Assembly: GCA_038216025.1 (NCBI GenBank)
Contig: JBBQQK010000003.1
Location: forward strand, 1-33,424
Origin: Patescibacteria group bacterium
GTDB lineage: Bacteria; Patescibacteriota; UBA1384; XYA2-FULL-43-10; 1-14-0-10-43-13
Direction of reading: 5' to 3'
Length of the DNA: 33,424 bases
Numbering within the stretch: the stretch's first letter is position 1; the number at the start of each line of letters is the position of its first letter. Positions 9,002 through 21,787 of the stretch are shown here, piece after piece. Position numbers and translations under genes: made by a program. The notes under the pieces were generated by a model. The model worked only from the letters and a program-made list of their open reading frames with translations. It made no database searches and had not been told where the DNA came from.

Positions 9002-9937
9002 ATGCTTAAGAGGATAATCGCTGTTTTTGTTGGAGTAATCTCTGTTCTCGCTGTATTAACGTCAATAAATTCAGCAAAGGCTGCTGATCCTGTGGCTGGT
9101 CGGGGTAGTATTACGGTATCACCAATTTCATTCGAGCTCTATGCCAATCCAGGGGATAGCTTGAGCGAAAAGATTAGAGTTAGAAACGATTCTGGTGCAG
9201 ACATGAATTACCAGATATTAATTGAAGACTTCAAAGCGGTCGGCGAAGAAGGAAGCGTTGATACAGTTTTAGATCAATCAAACAGCAGCTTTTCTCTAGC
9301 AAAATGGGTTGTTCCTGAGCCAAAAAATATCTCTATTAAAAATGGCCAAGAAAAAGAAGTTCAATTCTCGATTAATGTTCCCAAAGATGCTGAGCCAGGC
9401 GGCCACTATGCTTCAATTTTGGTTAAAATGGGTGGTGGCGACATTCAAAATGGTGCAGCAGTTGCCTCTAGAGTCGGTTCTTTGATCTTATTGCGGGTTG
9501 CCGGAAACATTAAAGAAGAATCGATGGTTGAGTCTTTCAAAGCCGATAAAGGATATTACCAATCAGGTCCAGTAAATTTTGACTTAAGAGTTAAAAACAA
9601 CGGTAACAATCACGTTCAGCCAAAAGGTACAATTCTCATCACAAATCTTTTTGGTCAAAAAATAGCAGAGATTCCTTTAAACGGAAAAAATGCATTGCCG
9701 GGTGCTATTAGAAGAATGGACACAGAGTGGTCTCCTGGTAAATTTCTTGCTAACCGATATACGGCAACCTTGGTTGCCAACTATGGCCAACAAAGCAAGA
9801 CGCTGTCTGCCAGCACAAGCTTTATTATCTTTCCTAAAGCATTGTTGATCACATCCATATCTATTATTCTTCTTATCGCACTTATGTTCATCTTTAAAAA
9901 GAACATTAAGAATTTTATTCATAAGTTATCTAAATAA
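9002..9937 (+). CDS. DUF916/DUF3324-like (WxL-interacting-protein-like) cell-surface protein
   Basis: Signal peptide, two Ig-like domains (FSINVPKDAEPGGHYASI; VKNNGNNHVQPKG..ITNLFG; ALPGAIR), a C-terminal TM and a basic tail. Paralogous to 25594..26520. Confidence 0.65.
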   Translation: MLKRIIAVFVGVISVLAVLTSINSAKAADPVAGRGSITVSPISFELYANPGDSLSEKIRVRNDSGADMNYQILIEDFKAVGEEGSVDTVLDQSNSSFSLAKWVVPEPKNISIKNGQEKEVQFSINVPKDAEPGGHYASILVKMGGGDIQNGAAVASRVGSLILLRVAGNIKEESMVESFKADKGYYQSGPVNFDLRVKNNGNNHVQPKGTILITNLFGQKIAEIPLNGKNALPGAIRRMDTEWSPGKFLANRYTATLVANYGQQSKTLSASTSFIIFPKALLITSISIILLIALMFIFKKNIKNFIHKLSK

Positions 9938-10042
9938 ACAAATATATGACTTTACAAAAGGTTGCAAAAGCATCCTTTTGTAAATTTATTTGCCGAACTA
10001 TATCTGGATAAACAATCTACCAAGGAGAGGGAGGGTTTTGAA

Positions 10043-11293
10043 TTGAAACTTATTTGTCGGAAAATAACGGCGCTAATCCTTTTGGTAAGCTTGATTTCGT
10101 TTTTTGATATTTCAAGTCATTGCTATGCGGCTGATGCCTTACATGGTGTTACTGATCTGGTGAGCATATATGCTCCTGGAGCAACAGTTAAACACATAAT
10201 TTCTTTTCACTTGCCAGAAGGCACTAACCCGGCCATCGAAACCACCGATTACATCATTGTGGATATGGATCAATACGATGATGTTTCTGCTCCAACCTAC
10301 GTCACGGGACCTTATACTGGAACTCCGGTATATTCGCAAGTTGGAAAAAGGTTGTATATTACAGGCATCGGTTTGCAGCCTGGACAAAATCTCTCAATTT
10401 TGGGCATCATCGCGAAAAGTCCTGATGTGGCTGAAGCGATGTTCTCAAGAATCATAATAGCAACCGATTTCAGCGCGAGTGATATCAAGTATGAACAAGG
10501 TGTCGCAACTGCTAGACAAACCAATAGGGTTACGATGACGGCAGCCAAGCCCGGAGAAGTGGGAACGCTAATTATTTCCGGCCTTACATCCCCCGGTATG
10601 TTTCTGACATTCATTGAGGGGGGCAATATCATTGGCAGCAATCTTGCTTCGGAAGATGGTACTTTTACGAATAGCTTTCCAGGACTTCCGTCCGGAGAGC
10701 ATACCATTGTAATTTATGGTTCCGATCTTGATAATCATATTACTCCCGGTGTATATCTGGAAAATTTATTTATGGTCACTCAAACCACCGTAAGTGTGAG
10801 CAATGTTCTTATCCCTCCTACTATCTCAATTGATAAAGAGGAAATACAGCAAGGCGAAACAATCAATGTGTTAGGTAGAGGAGCTCCAGATCATACTTCA
10901 ATTGTTTTCACGGAACCACCTCTTCAATCCCATGAAGCTTTGACAGACAGTTCTGGAATTTATCAATATTCGATCGAGGATACAATTGATTTTGAATATG
11001 GAGATCATAAGGTTTATGCTCTTCTTCAAAATGAACTGGGAGCTCAAAGCCGCCAAAGTATAATGCTGTTTTTTAGAGTTGGTTCCGCAGGAGATCCGGG
11101 CGATAATGGCGGCGAGCAATGCAGTATTATTCGCGGCAACTTAGACTGTGATGCCGACAATCAAGTCAACCTTACTGATTTCTCAATCTTGCTGTATTAC
11201 TGGGGTAGCGGTTCTGCCTCGTCCGATATCAACGGTGACGGCGTAGTTAACTTAATAGATTTTTCTATCATGATGTTCTATTGGAACGGTTAG
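10043..11293 (+). CDS. secreted Ig-like protein with C-terminal dockerin-like double EF-hand
   Basis: Probable TTG start at 10043 after GGAGAGGGAGGG gives a signal peptide (the ORF track starts at 9962). The C-terminus repeats a Ca-loop/helix unit: GNLDCDADNQVNLTDFSILLYYWG and SDINGDGVVNLIDFSIMMFYWNG. Confidence 0.75.
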   Translation: MKLICRKITALILLVSLISFFDISSHCYAADALHGVTDLVSIYAPGATVKHIISFHLPEGTNPAIETTDYIIVDMDQYDDVSAPTYVTGPYTGTPVYSQVGKRLYITGIGLQPGQNLSILGIIAKSPDVAEAMFSRIIIATDFSASDIKYEQGVATARQTNRVTMTAAKPGEVGTLIISGLTSPGMFLTFIEGGNIIGSNLASEDGTFTNSFPGLPSGEHTIVIYGSDLDNHITPGVYLENLFMVTQTTVSVSNVLIPPTISIDKEEIQQGETINVLGRGAPDHTSIVFTEPPLQSHEALTDSSGIYQYSIEDTIDFEYGDHKVYALLQNELGAQSRQSIMLFFRVGSAGDPGDNGGEQCSIIRGNLDCDADNQVNLTDFSILLYYWGSGSASSDINGDGVVNLIDFSIMMFYWNG

Positions 11294-11360
11294 TAGTCCA
11301 TATCAATGCCTTTTGCTGGAGAGTGTGCCTGATTTGCTTACGATAATAACACTTTGATAA

Positions 11361-13379
<2,019 letters not shown>

Positions 13380-13479
13380 AAGATAGTCCGCCTATATCGC
13401 ATCATAGGAAAATCTAATATAATTACAATATAATCAATATTGAAATAGTGCTCGATATCCAAAACCATGGAGGGAATAG

Positions 13480-13995
13480 GTGCCTTTAGATTTACTAATC
13501 AACGTTTTTATTACCGGACTATGTTTGCTAGGCATGGGACTATATTTTAATCACCGAGAAAAAAAACTCCATTCAGTAGCAGAAAAGCGCTTGTACAGCT
13601 TTAAGGATCAATACCTTCACCACGTAGCCAGAAGAAAGGTTAAAGAAAAGGAAGAGATCGCTAAGTTAAAAGAACTAGCTAGAAAATTGGAAGAAAAACA
13701 TCTTCAGATGATTGTTAGCGAGAAAAAAGTGACAGTCCAAAACAAGGATTATCTGGAGATTGAGGTGGAAAAAGTGATGAAGCAAGCGCAAGAAAAAGCC
13801 CGCCAGATTGAAGAAGAAACTAAAGCCAGCTCTCAGATATTTTTGGAGGAGCAAAAAAAAGAAGTTCAGATGAAGATGGTTGATCTGGTTATGGGCGTGA
13901 CAGAAAAGGTTCTCAACAAAACACTGGCTTACGACGATCATAAAAAAATGATTGAGGAGGCGCTGGCTGATATGGAAGGAGAAGATGGAGAATGA
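13480..13995 (+). CDS. atpF: F-type ATPase subunit b-like
   Basis: A single N-terminal TM and a long charged coiled coil ending VDLVMGVTEKVLNKTLAYDDHKKMIEEAL, a b-subunit C-terminal pattern. GGAGG RBS and operon position agree. Confidence 0.8.
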   Translation: MPLDLLINVFITGLCLLGMGLYFNHREKKLHSVAEKRLYSFKDQYLHHVARRKVKEKEEIAKLKELARKLEEKHLQMIVSEKKVTVQNKDYLEIEVEKVMKQAQEKARQIEEETKASSQIFLEEQKKEVQMKMVDLVMGVTEKVLNKTLAYDDHKKMIEEALADMEGEDGE

Positions 13996-14536
13996 TATTG
14001 GAAAGATTATTGACGATATCATTTTGCTGGTTGACAAAAAAGAACAGCTAGACCAGATCATATTTGATGTTTCAAATATTGGCGATGAGATCGGCTATAA
14101 ATCGGTAGTAGATAAAAACGGTGATGATCCTGCCGAACGCAAGGAGCTGGTAAAAAACGCTGTTTCCAAGATTAAATCAGAGTTAATGAAAGACTATTTT
14201 AACAAATATATCAATGAGAGCAATATATTGATCTTTGAACCAAACCGGTTCAAAAATTTTCAAGATCAGCTGCAAGCAGAGATAAAAAAAATTATCTGTA
14301 TCCGTTTGACCATAGCTGTTGAACTGAAAAAAGAAGATACAAAAAAAATATCAACAAAGTTATCTGAAAAAATGGAACAAAAGGTTCTGATCGATATAAC
14401 TGTGGATAAGTCGATTGTCGGAGGGGCTATAATACATAAAGACAATTATATTTTTGATTTTTCTGTTAAATCAAAGCTGGGCAGACTGGCAGACGAATGG
14501 AAATTGGCAATAGAAGAGGCAAACAGTGATGCTTAG
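13985..14536 (+). CDS. atpH: F-type ATPase subunit delta-like
   Basis: C-terminal delta/OSCP motif LTIAVEL...VDKSIVGGAII...DFSVKSKL. ATG 13985 after GAAGGAG is preferred over 13952. Confidence 0.85.
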   Translation: MENDIGKIIDDIILLVDKKEQLDQIIFDVSNIGDEIGYKSVVDKNGDDPAERKELVKNAVSKIKSELMKDYFNKYINESNILIFEPNRFKNFQDQLQAEIKKIICIRLTIAVELKKEDTKKISTKLSEKMEQKVLIDITVDKSIVGGAIIHKDNYIFDFSVKSKLGRLADEWKLAIEEANSDA

Positions 14537-16502
14537 AAGTATCGAAGACTACCTAGAAGACGCCGATATGAAGCCGGCAAAAAAAAGCAGAGCCGCCAAG
14601 AAAGACAAAGAAAAGCGCAGCGATGCTCATTTTTTAGTTGCAAAGAGTTCAAAAAAAATAAGTAGGAAGCTAAATCCGAAAGAAAACATCGAAAAACAAT
14701 ATGCTGAACTGATAAAAGCAAAAAAATTGGAAGCGGTTGAAAAAAAAGTTGCTACTGAAACTTTATCCGAGGAAAAGAAATCTCCAGAACCGGTCAGCCG
14801 CAAAGGTAAACTCTTTACCGATCTTCTCGGCACAATTGACGAAAAAGTTGTCAAAACAGTAAAGAGAACCGGAAAAGCCAATCTCACAATGACCGAGACA
14901 ATGGTCAAAGCTATGCCTGACTCGAAATCCGCCCCATCTATTCTAGAAGTCGGCGAAGTTGTCTATATCGGTGATGGTATCTGTAAAATTTCCGGTCTGA
15001 CTAATGCTAGGATTGACGATGTTCTTCGGATTAAAACCGATGGCGAGGATGTTTTAGTTTTGGTTTTGGGCATTACCGGAGATATGGTAGAAACAGTTGT
15101 GCTTGGTGATTATTTTACTGTCAAAAAAGGAAATATGGTTTTTTCAACACAAAAAACATTGAAGATTCCAGCCGGACCAGGAATATTGGGGCGAGTGCTT
15201 TCGCCGATTGGAAGGCCGATAGACGGTAAAGGTCCGCTTGATATTTCCAAACAGATGAATGTGGAGCGGCCGGCACCGGCAGTTTATATGAGAACGCCGA
15301 TTGTAGATCAGCTTAGAACCGGTTTTATAGTGATTGATTCCATTATTCCAGTGGGCAGAGGGCAAAGAGAGTTGGTAACTGGCGACAGAAAGACCGGCAA
15401 ATCTCGTTTGATGGCTGATGTAATCTGCAATGTTACGAATAGGGATATTTATTGTATTTATGTTGCGATTGGCGGTCAAAAGGCTAAGATAAAAGAGATG
15501 GCGATGTATCTGGATAAATATGGAGCATTGAAAAATACTACAATCGTTTTGGCTAGCTCAGATGATCCGCCCTCTCTCAATTATTTGGCTCCGTATGCCG
15601 GATCAGCTATTGCAGAATATTTTTGCGATTTGGGCAAAGACGCTCTCATTATTTACGATGATCTTTCAAAACACGCCAAAGCTTATCGTCAAATGTCACT
15701 GTTACTAAAAAGGTCCCCTGGAAGAGATGCTTATCCTGGGGATATCTTCTACCTTCATTCCCGTTTGCTGGAACGAAGCGCTAAAGTAGCCGATGAATTT
15801 GGTGGCGGATCGATCACCGCTCTTCCAATATGCGAAACACAAAACGGGGATATTTCCGAGTATATCACCACTAATTTGATGTCGATTACCGATGGGCATA
15901 TGTATCTTGATAGTCAGATGATGCATGATGGTATCTTTCCGGCTGTAAACTCAAGCTCATCCGTATCTCGTATCGGCGGCAGTATCCAAGCTAAACTTTT
16001 GCGAAAGTTCGGCGCGATTGCCGGTTCGCAATTGGCTCGGTACAATGATGTAAAATCATACGAAACGATGAACACGGAGATTACCGAAGAAACCGAGCGG
16101 GAGATCAATCGCGGTAAAAGAATATTAGAAATATTCAATCAACCTTCTGGGCTGAATTTTGACGCGCCGGAAGAGACAATTCTATTGTATATTGTGACCG
16201 AAGGATATCTCGACTATATTCCGATCGATGTGGTGGCAATATTAAAAGTTGAAATCATTACCTATTATCATGATAATATGAAGTCGTTTACAATATTGAC
16301 GGATCAATCGATGAGTAAAGACGCGGACGACAAGGATATGTCTCATCTCGAAGAATTTATGAAACAATACTTTAATACCGGCAGTGATCCGGCCAAGGCA
16401 CTCAAAGAAGCATACGAGAAAAAACTGGAAAAAGCAGCCGCCGCTGAGGCGGAAAAGGTAGCCGTGGCCGACGAATCCGCCGACAAAAAGGAGAAGAAAT
16501 AA
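14526..16502 (+). CDS. atpA: F1 ATPase alpha subunit with long N- and C-terminal charged extensions
   Basis: IPVGRGQREL.TGDRKTGKS (Walker A), YDDLSKHA.AYRQMSLLLKRSPGRDAYPGDIFYLHSRLLER, SITDG and SVSRIGG (arginine finger). Confidence 0.95.
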   Translation: MMLRSIEDYLEDADMKPAKKSRAAKKDKEKRSDAHFLVAKSSKKISRKLNPKENIEKQYAELIKAKKLEAVEKKVATETLSEEKKSPEPVSRKGKLFTDLLGTIDEKVVKTVKRTGKANLTMTETMVKAMPDSKSAPSILEVGEVVYIGDGICKISGLTNARIDDVLRIKTDGEDVLVLVLGITGDMVETVVLGDYFTVKKGNMVFSTQKTLKIPAGPGILGRVLSPIGRPIDGKGPLDISKQMNVERPAPAVYMRTPIVDQLRTGFIVIDSIIPVGRGQRELVTGDRKTGKSRLMADVICNVTNRDIYCIYVAIGGQKAKIKEMAMYLDKYGALKNTTIVLASSDDPPSLNYLAPYAGSAIAEYFCDLGKDALIIYDDLSKHAKAYRQMSLLLKRSPGRDAYPGDIFYLHSRLLERSAKVADEFGGGSITALPICETQNGDISEYITTNLMSITDGHMYLDSQMMHDGIFPAVNSSSSVSRIGGSIQAKLLRKFGAIAGSQLARYNDVKSYETMNTEITEETEREINRGKRILEIFNQPSGLNFDAPEETILLYIVTEGYLDYIPIDVVAILKVEIITYYHDNMKSFTILTDQSMSKDADDKDMSHLEEFMKQYFNTGSDPAKALKEAYEKKLEKAAAAEAEKVAVADESADKKEKK

Positions 16503-16505
16503 TAT

Positions 16506-17390
16506 ATGGCTATAAATGAAATAAAAGAAAAAATAGGAGTGGTAAAATCGGTAGGCGGTTTTGCTAACGCTCTTCAACAGATCGCTTCGATGCGAATGAT
16601 TTCTTTGCGTGAAAAAGTAATGGCCAGCAAAAGGTTTGTTGATGAAGCAACTGAAATATTGCGCGAGCTGAATTTGCACAAAGAGCTAAATCTTGACCGG
16701 GAGCTTGAGCGGGCAGACAAAAAAGGATTCAAAAAGTCTAAGAAAGAGAATGAAGGAAAGCCAAAAATGGTGGCCAACCAAGCTCTCATTATTATCACTT
16801 CAAATCAAGGATTATGCGGCAAATTCAATGCTGAAATATTTAAGCCCCTAGAGAATAAAATATTTTCCGAAAATGAAAATTCGGATATATTTATTGTCGG
16901 CAAAAAAGGACAGGAGCATTATCTAACTAGTAAAAAGTATAAATTGAAATTTTATCCATATGCTCTTCCTGACAATTTTACTTCAGATGATCTGCTGCGG
17001 TTGGTCAGCATGTTTCCTTATTATGAAAAAATCACTATGGTATATTCACGCTTTATAAATACTATCACCCGAGATGTGATGGAAACCATGTTGATCAGTC
17101 CTCCCACAGGCAAGCCGGAAAACACCGAAGAGGCGATCAGGTTTATTTTCGAGCCTTCAGTCGAGGAGTTAATCGCCGAAGTACAAGCAAAATTGAGGGC
17201 GGGGACTTTTCAGCAGCAGATATTGGATTCCCGTTTGGCTCAATTTTCAGCTCAGATGGTTGGTATGCAAGCTGCGTCTGAAAACTCCAAGGTGCTGTTG
17301 AACGATCTAAGTCACGAATATAACAAGCAGAGAAGAAAATTGATTGATAAAAAGATATCGGAAGTTCTGGCTGGAAAAGCATTGTGGTAA
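16506..17390 (+). CDS. atpG: F1 ATPase gamma subunit (divergent)
   Basis: ITSNQGLCGKFN, IVGKKG, FIFEPS and MVGMQAASEN...LSHEYNKQR; lies between alpha and beta. Confidence 0.92.
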   Translation: MAINEIKEKIGVVKSVGGFANALQQIASMRMISLREKVMASKRFVDEATEILRELNLHKELNLDRELERADKKGFKKSKKENEGKPKMVANQALIIITSNQGLCGKFNAEIFKPLENKIFSENENSDIFIVGKKGQEHYLTSKKYKLKFYPYALPDNFTSDDLLRLVSMFPYYEKITMVYSRFINTITRDVMETMLISPPTGKPENTEEAIRFIFEPSVEELIAEVQAKLRAGTFQQQILDSRLAQFSAQMVGMQAASENSKVLLNDLSHEYNKQRRKLIDKKISEVLAGKALW

Positions 17391-17401
17391 GCGAAGGATG
17401 A

Positions 17402-19098
<1,697 letters not shown>

Positions 19099-19188
19099 AA
19101 TAGTAGTAAATTACTAAGGATCTGCCTGAGAAATTACGATTTTTCTATTTGTTTGTTTGATGGCTGTGCTCCCTGCGGATAACTTTTA

Positions 19189-19217
19189 TTGACAGCATGC
19201 AACAATGAATTTATTAT
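19189..19217 (+). promoter_or_regulatory. near-consensus sigma70 promoter
   Basis: TTGACA (19189-19194), 17 nt spacer, TATTAT (19212-19217). Confidence 0.7.
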
Positions 19218-19339
19218 ATAAACAGACATCTTTTTGTCTATCTATGGGTTAATTGTTTGAATGGAGGTGGAAGGGAAATTCAATCGCGTAGTTGTTTATC
19301 AATCGTTTATTAACAAAGTAATTAATTTTGGAGGGAATA

Positions 19340-20551
19340 ATGACAAAAGGTCTACACAAAACCATAGTCTCATTGACAGTCTTTGCAATGACTTTTATGT
19401 ATCTGTTAGTTCCGGCACAAGCTGCCATGCTTTATTCGGCAAGCGTAACGCTAAGTAATCCGGCAGCCAGTGGTTCTGGTACCCACGCTTTCTCAATGAA
19501 AGTAAAAACGCCTGCTACAATTAAGGGTATTAAGCTGCAGTATTTGAAAGCTCCTTCCGGTTCATCCCAGAACCCGACAAGTCTTTCATATGCCGGCGCA
19601 CCGGCCAACGCTACTAGTCTGACCGGTCTTACCGGCAACTGGGCGGTTGATAAGACCACTGACGCCGCAACAGACATTTACTATCTTTCTAAGGCGGCCG
19701 GAGATGCTCTTATCGAAGATGTGACAATCGCCTTCTCAATCACCGGTGTTGGAAACCCGCCCATCTCCGATGGTAATACCGGTTGTACAACTCAAACAGG
19801 GGACGTCAACGACACGACCGGCACCTGTTTTATAAAAATATCTACATGGGACACGGATACTATCGCCACCATGCAAGATGAAACAACCAACGCTGCCAAT
19901 ATCAAAGACTCTACTACTGTTTCATTCGTTGTTACCACTTTGGTCACTATGACCGCAACGGTTGACTCGAGTATGTCTTTCATAGTAGCAGGAGTGGCTG
20001 CCGGTCAAGCAGGCGCCAATGACGCCGGTCTTGTCACATCTACCACTGACCCGTCGACTTATTCCACCTTGCCTTTCGGCAACCTAACGGTTGGTACACC
20101 ACAGCTTATGGCTCACAAATTATATGTTAAGACAAATGCCCAAAATGGCTATACGGTCAAGCTTAGATCGACAACGGATGATACAGGCGCTGCTGCAGAT
20201 GCTAACGGTATCTTGAAGGGCCAGTATGCGGGCAATAACATTGACGGCTTTTCATCAGCTTTTGGTGCTCCCGGTGTTTGGGCTTCACCTACCAATGAAG
20301 AGGCCAATGTTAACTCTGGTTTTCTTGGAGTCAACTCTAATGATACCGGTACTATTTTCAACGGAGATGCCGCTCTGAAATGGGCCGCTATGGAGAACGA
20401 TACATGGAATACCGTTATGACAAAAGGCGGTCCTGACCTTGGCGCTGAAGCTGATGCTCACATAGTTTCTTACGCAATCGAGGTAAACGTTTACCAGCCT
20501 GCAGATACATATACCGGTACTTTCCAGTATCAGGCAACTCCTACTTACTAA
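19340..20551 (+). CDS. secreted Thr/Ala/Gly-rich beta-protein with a WxL-like C-terminal domain; candidate major surface protein
   Basis: ATG 19340 after GGAGGG, signal peptide ending AQA, and C-terminal motifs LPFGNL, VKTNAQNGYTV and QPADTYTGTFQYQATPTY. It has its own promoter and terminator. Confidence 0.6.
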   Translation: MTKGLHKTIVSLTVFAMTFMYLLVPAQAAMLYSASVTLSNPAASGSGTHAFSMKVKTPATIKGIKLQYLKAPSGSSQNPTSLSYAGAPANATSLTGLTGNWAVDKTTDAATDIYYLSKAAGDALIEDVTIAFSITGVGNPPISDGNTGCTTQTGDVNDTTGTCFIKISTWDTDTIATMQDETTNAANIKDSTTVSFVVTTLVTMTATVDSSMSFIVAGVAAGQAGANDAGLVTSTTDPSTYSTLPFGNLTVGTPQLMAHKLYVKTNAQNGYTVKLRSTTDDTGAAADANGILKGQYAGNNIDGFSSAFGAPGVWASPTNEEANVNSGFLGVNSNDTGTIFNGDAALKWAAMENDTWNTVMTKGGPDLGAEADAHIVSYAIEVNVYQPADTYTGTFQYQATPTY

Positions 20552-20577
20552 AGAACCTTTAGTTCGATAGTTCGTAT

Positions 20578-20615
20578 AATTTAAAACCCCACGCATATGC
20601 GTGGGGTTTTAAATT
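20578..20615. terminator. bidirectional intrinsic terminator
   Basis: Perfect 38-bp palindrome AATTTAAAACCCCACGCATATGCGTGGGGTTTTAAATT. Confidence 0.85.
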
Positions 20616-20675
20616 TACATCTCAGTTAGTCTGTTGACCTATACTCTGTACCGTTTGGTTTGGTATAATCAGAAT

Positions 20676-21749
20676 ATGCTCAAAATCGCAAAAAAATTGA
20701 TTATTTTTATACTAATATTCGGCTTTTTATTTGTCCCAAAACCTACGAAGGCCAATGCTATTACTGATTTATCAGTCAGTTTGGGAAACGGTTTGCCTAT
20801 TACTGACGACGTTCACACTCTATCCTTTAGTCTGGCAACTACGTGGGCTTTGAAAAAAATCAATGTACGATATCATAAGAAAGATGGAGACATGAACAAG
20901 CCATCGCATTTGAGCCTCAATAACTCGATCGCCGGCGCTATTACCGGTCTTGGCGGCACTTGGTCGGTTGATTTTACCGGCGCAGCGAGCGGACTTGTTG
21001 TCTTGCAAAATAGCGAAGAAGTACCGACCGAATTGACTGCTGATACCTCTATTTCTTTTTTTATGAATAACGTAACCAATCCGGAACTAGGTGATTGCTC
21101 TATGACTACTATGAAAGACACATGTATGGTCACCATAGAGACTGTCGATAGTATAGAAAATACAATCGACGTTGGATCAGATACTTATGATATTTCAGAA
21201 GATCCCTCTCTTTCTTTTATAGTTTACGGTGTGGAGTCAGGGACTACTACAAATGGTATCGTTACCAGCATCTCCACGGAATTCGATAGAATAAATTTTG
21301 GGAATCTTGCGATAATCGAGCCAAAATTTGGAGCGCAAAAAATGAGAGTAGAGAGTAACTCTCCCAACGGATATGAGGTAAAAATGAAACTTGACGGTTA
21401 TATCGAGGCACTCAATCCAACCTATAAAATAGATCCGTTTGGACCCTATGATGTGACCTGGAATGATCCGGGCGTGTGGCAATCGCCATTCGGCTCCTGT
21501 GACGAAGTAAGCTGTTCTGATACCGGCTGGATAGGGGCCAATACATCTGATACTAGAATCGGTGGCAGTTGGGCAAACGCTTCTGGCAAATTTGGACCGG
21601 TTAGCTCAACTTCTCATCTCGTAATGAGTTCAGCCGGAAGAGATATCGGCACAGATGTTTATGTCACTTACGGTTTAGAAGTCAACGAAAACCAACCTCC
21701 GGATAATTATGCCGGAACTCTTATTTACGATATACTTGCCAGATACTAA
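20676..21749 (+). CDS. secreted WxL-like surface protein, paralogue of 19340..20551
   Basis: Signal peptide from ATG 20676 and shared motifs (DTCMVTIET, INFGNL, VESNSPNGYEV, PGVWQSP, QPPDNYAGTLIYDILARY). TGGTATAAT ends 6 nt upstream of the ATG. Confidence 0.6.
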   Translation: MLKIAKKLIIFILIFGFLFVPKPTKANAITDLSVSLGNGLPITDDVHTLSFSLATTWALKKINVRYHKKDGDMNKPSHLSLNNSIAGAITGLGGTWSVDFTGAASGLVVLQNSEEVPTELTADTSISFFMNNVTNPELGDCSMTTMKDTCMVTIETVDSIENTIDVGSDTYDISEDPSLSFIVYGVESGTTTNGIVTSISTEFDRINFGNLAIIEPKFGAQKMRVESNSPNGYEVKMKLDGYIEALNPTYKIDPFGPYDVTWNDPGVWQSPFGSCDEVSCSDTGWIGANTSDTRIGGSWANASGKFGPVSSTSHLVMSSAGRDIGTDVYVTYGLEVNENQPPDNYAGTLIYDILARY

Positions 21750-21787
21750 TATTCAAAATAGAAAATTTAATTTGCGTTTGGGTCAGC

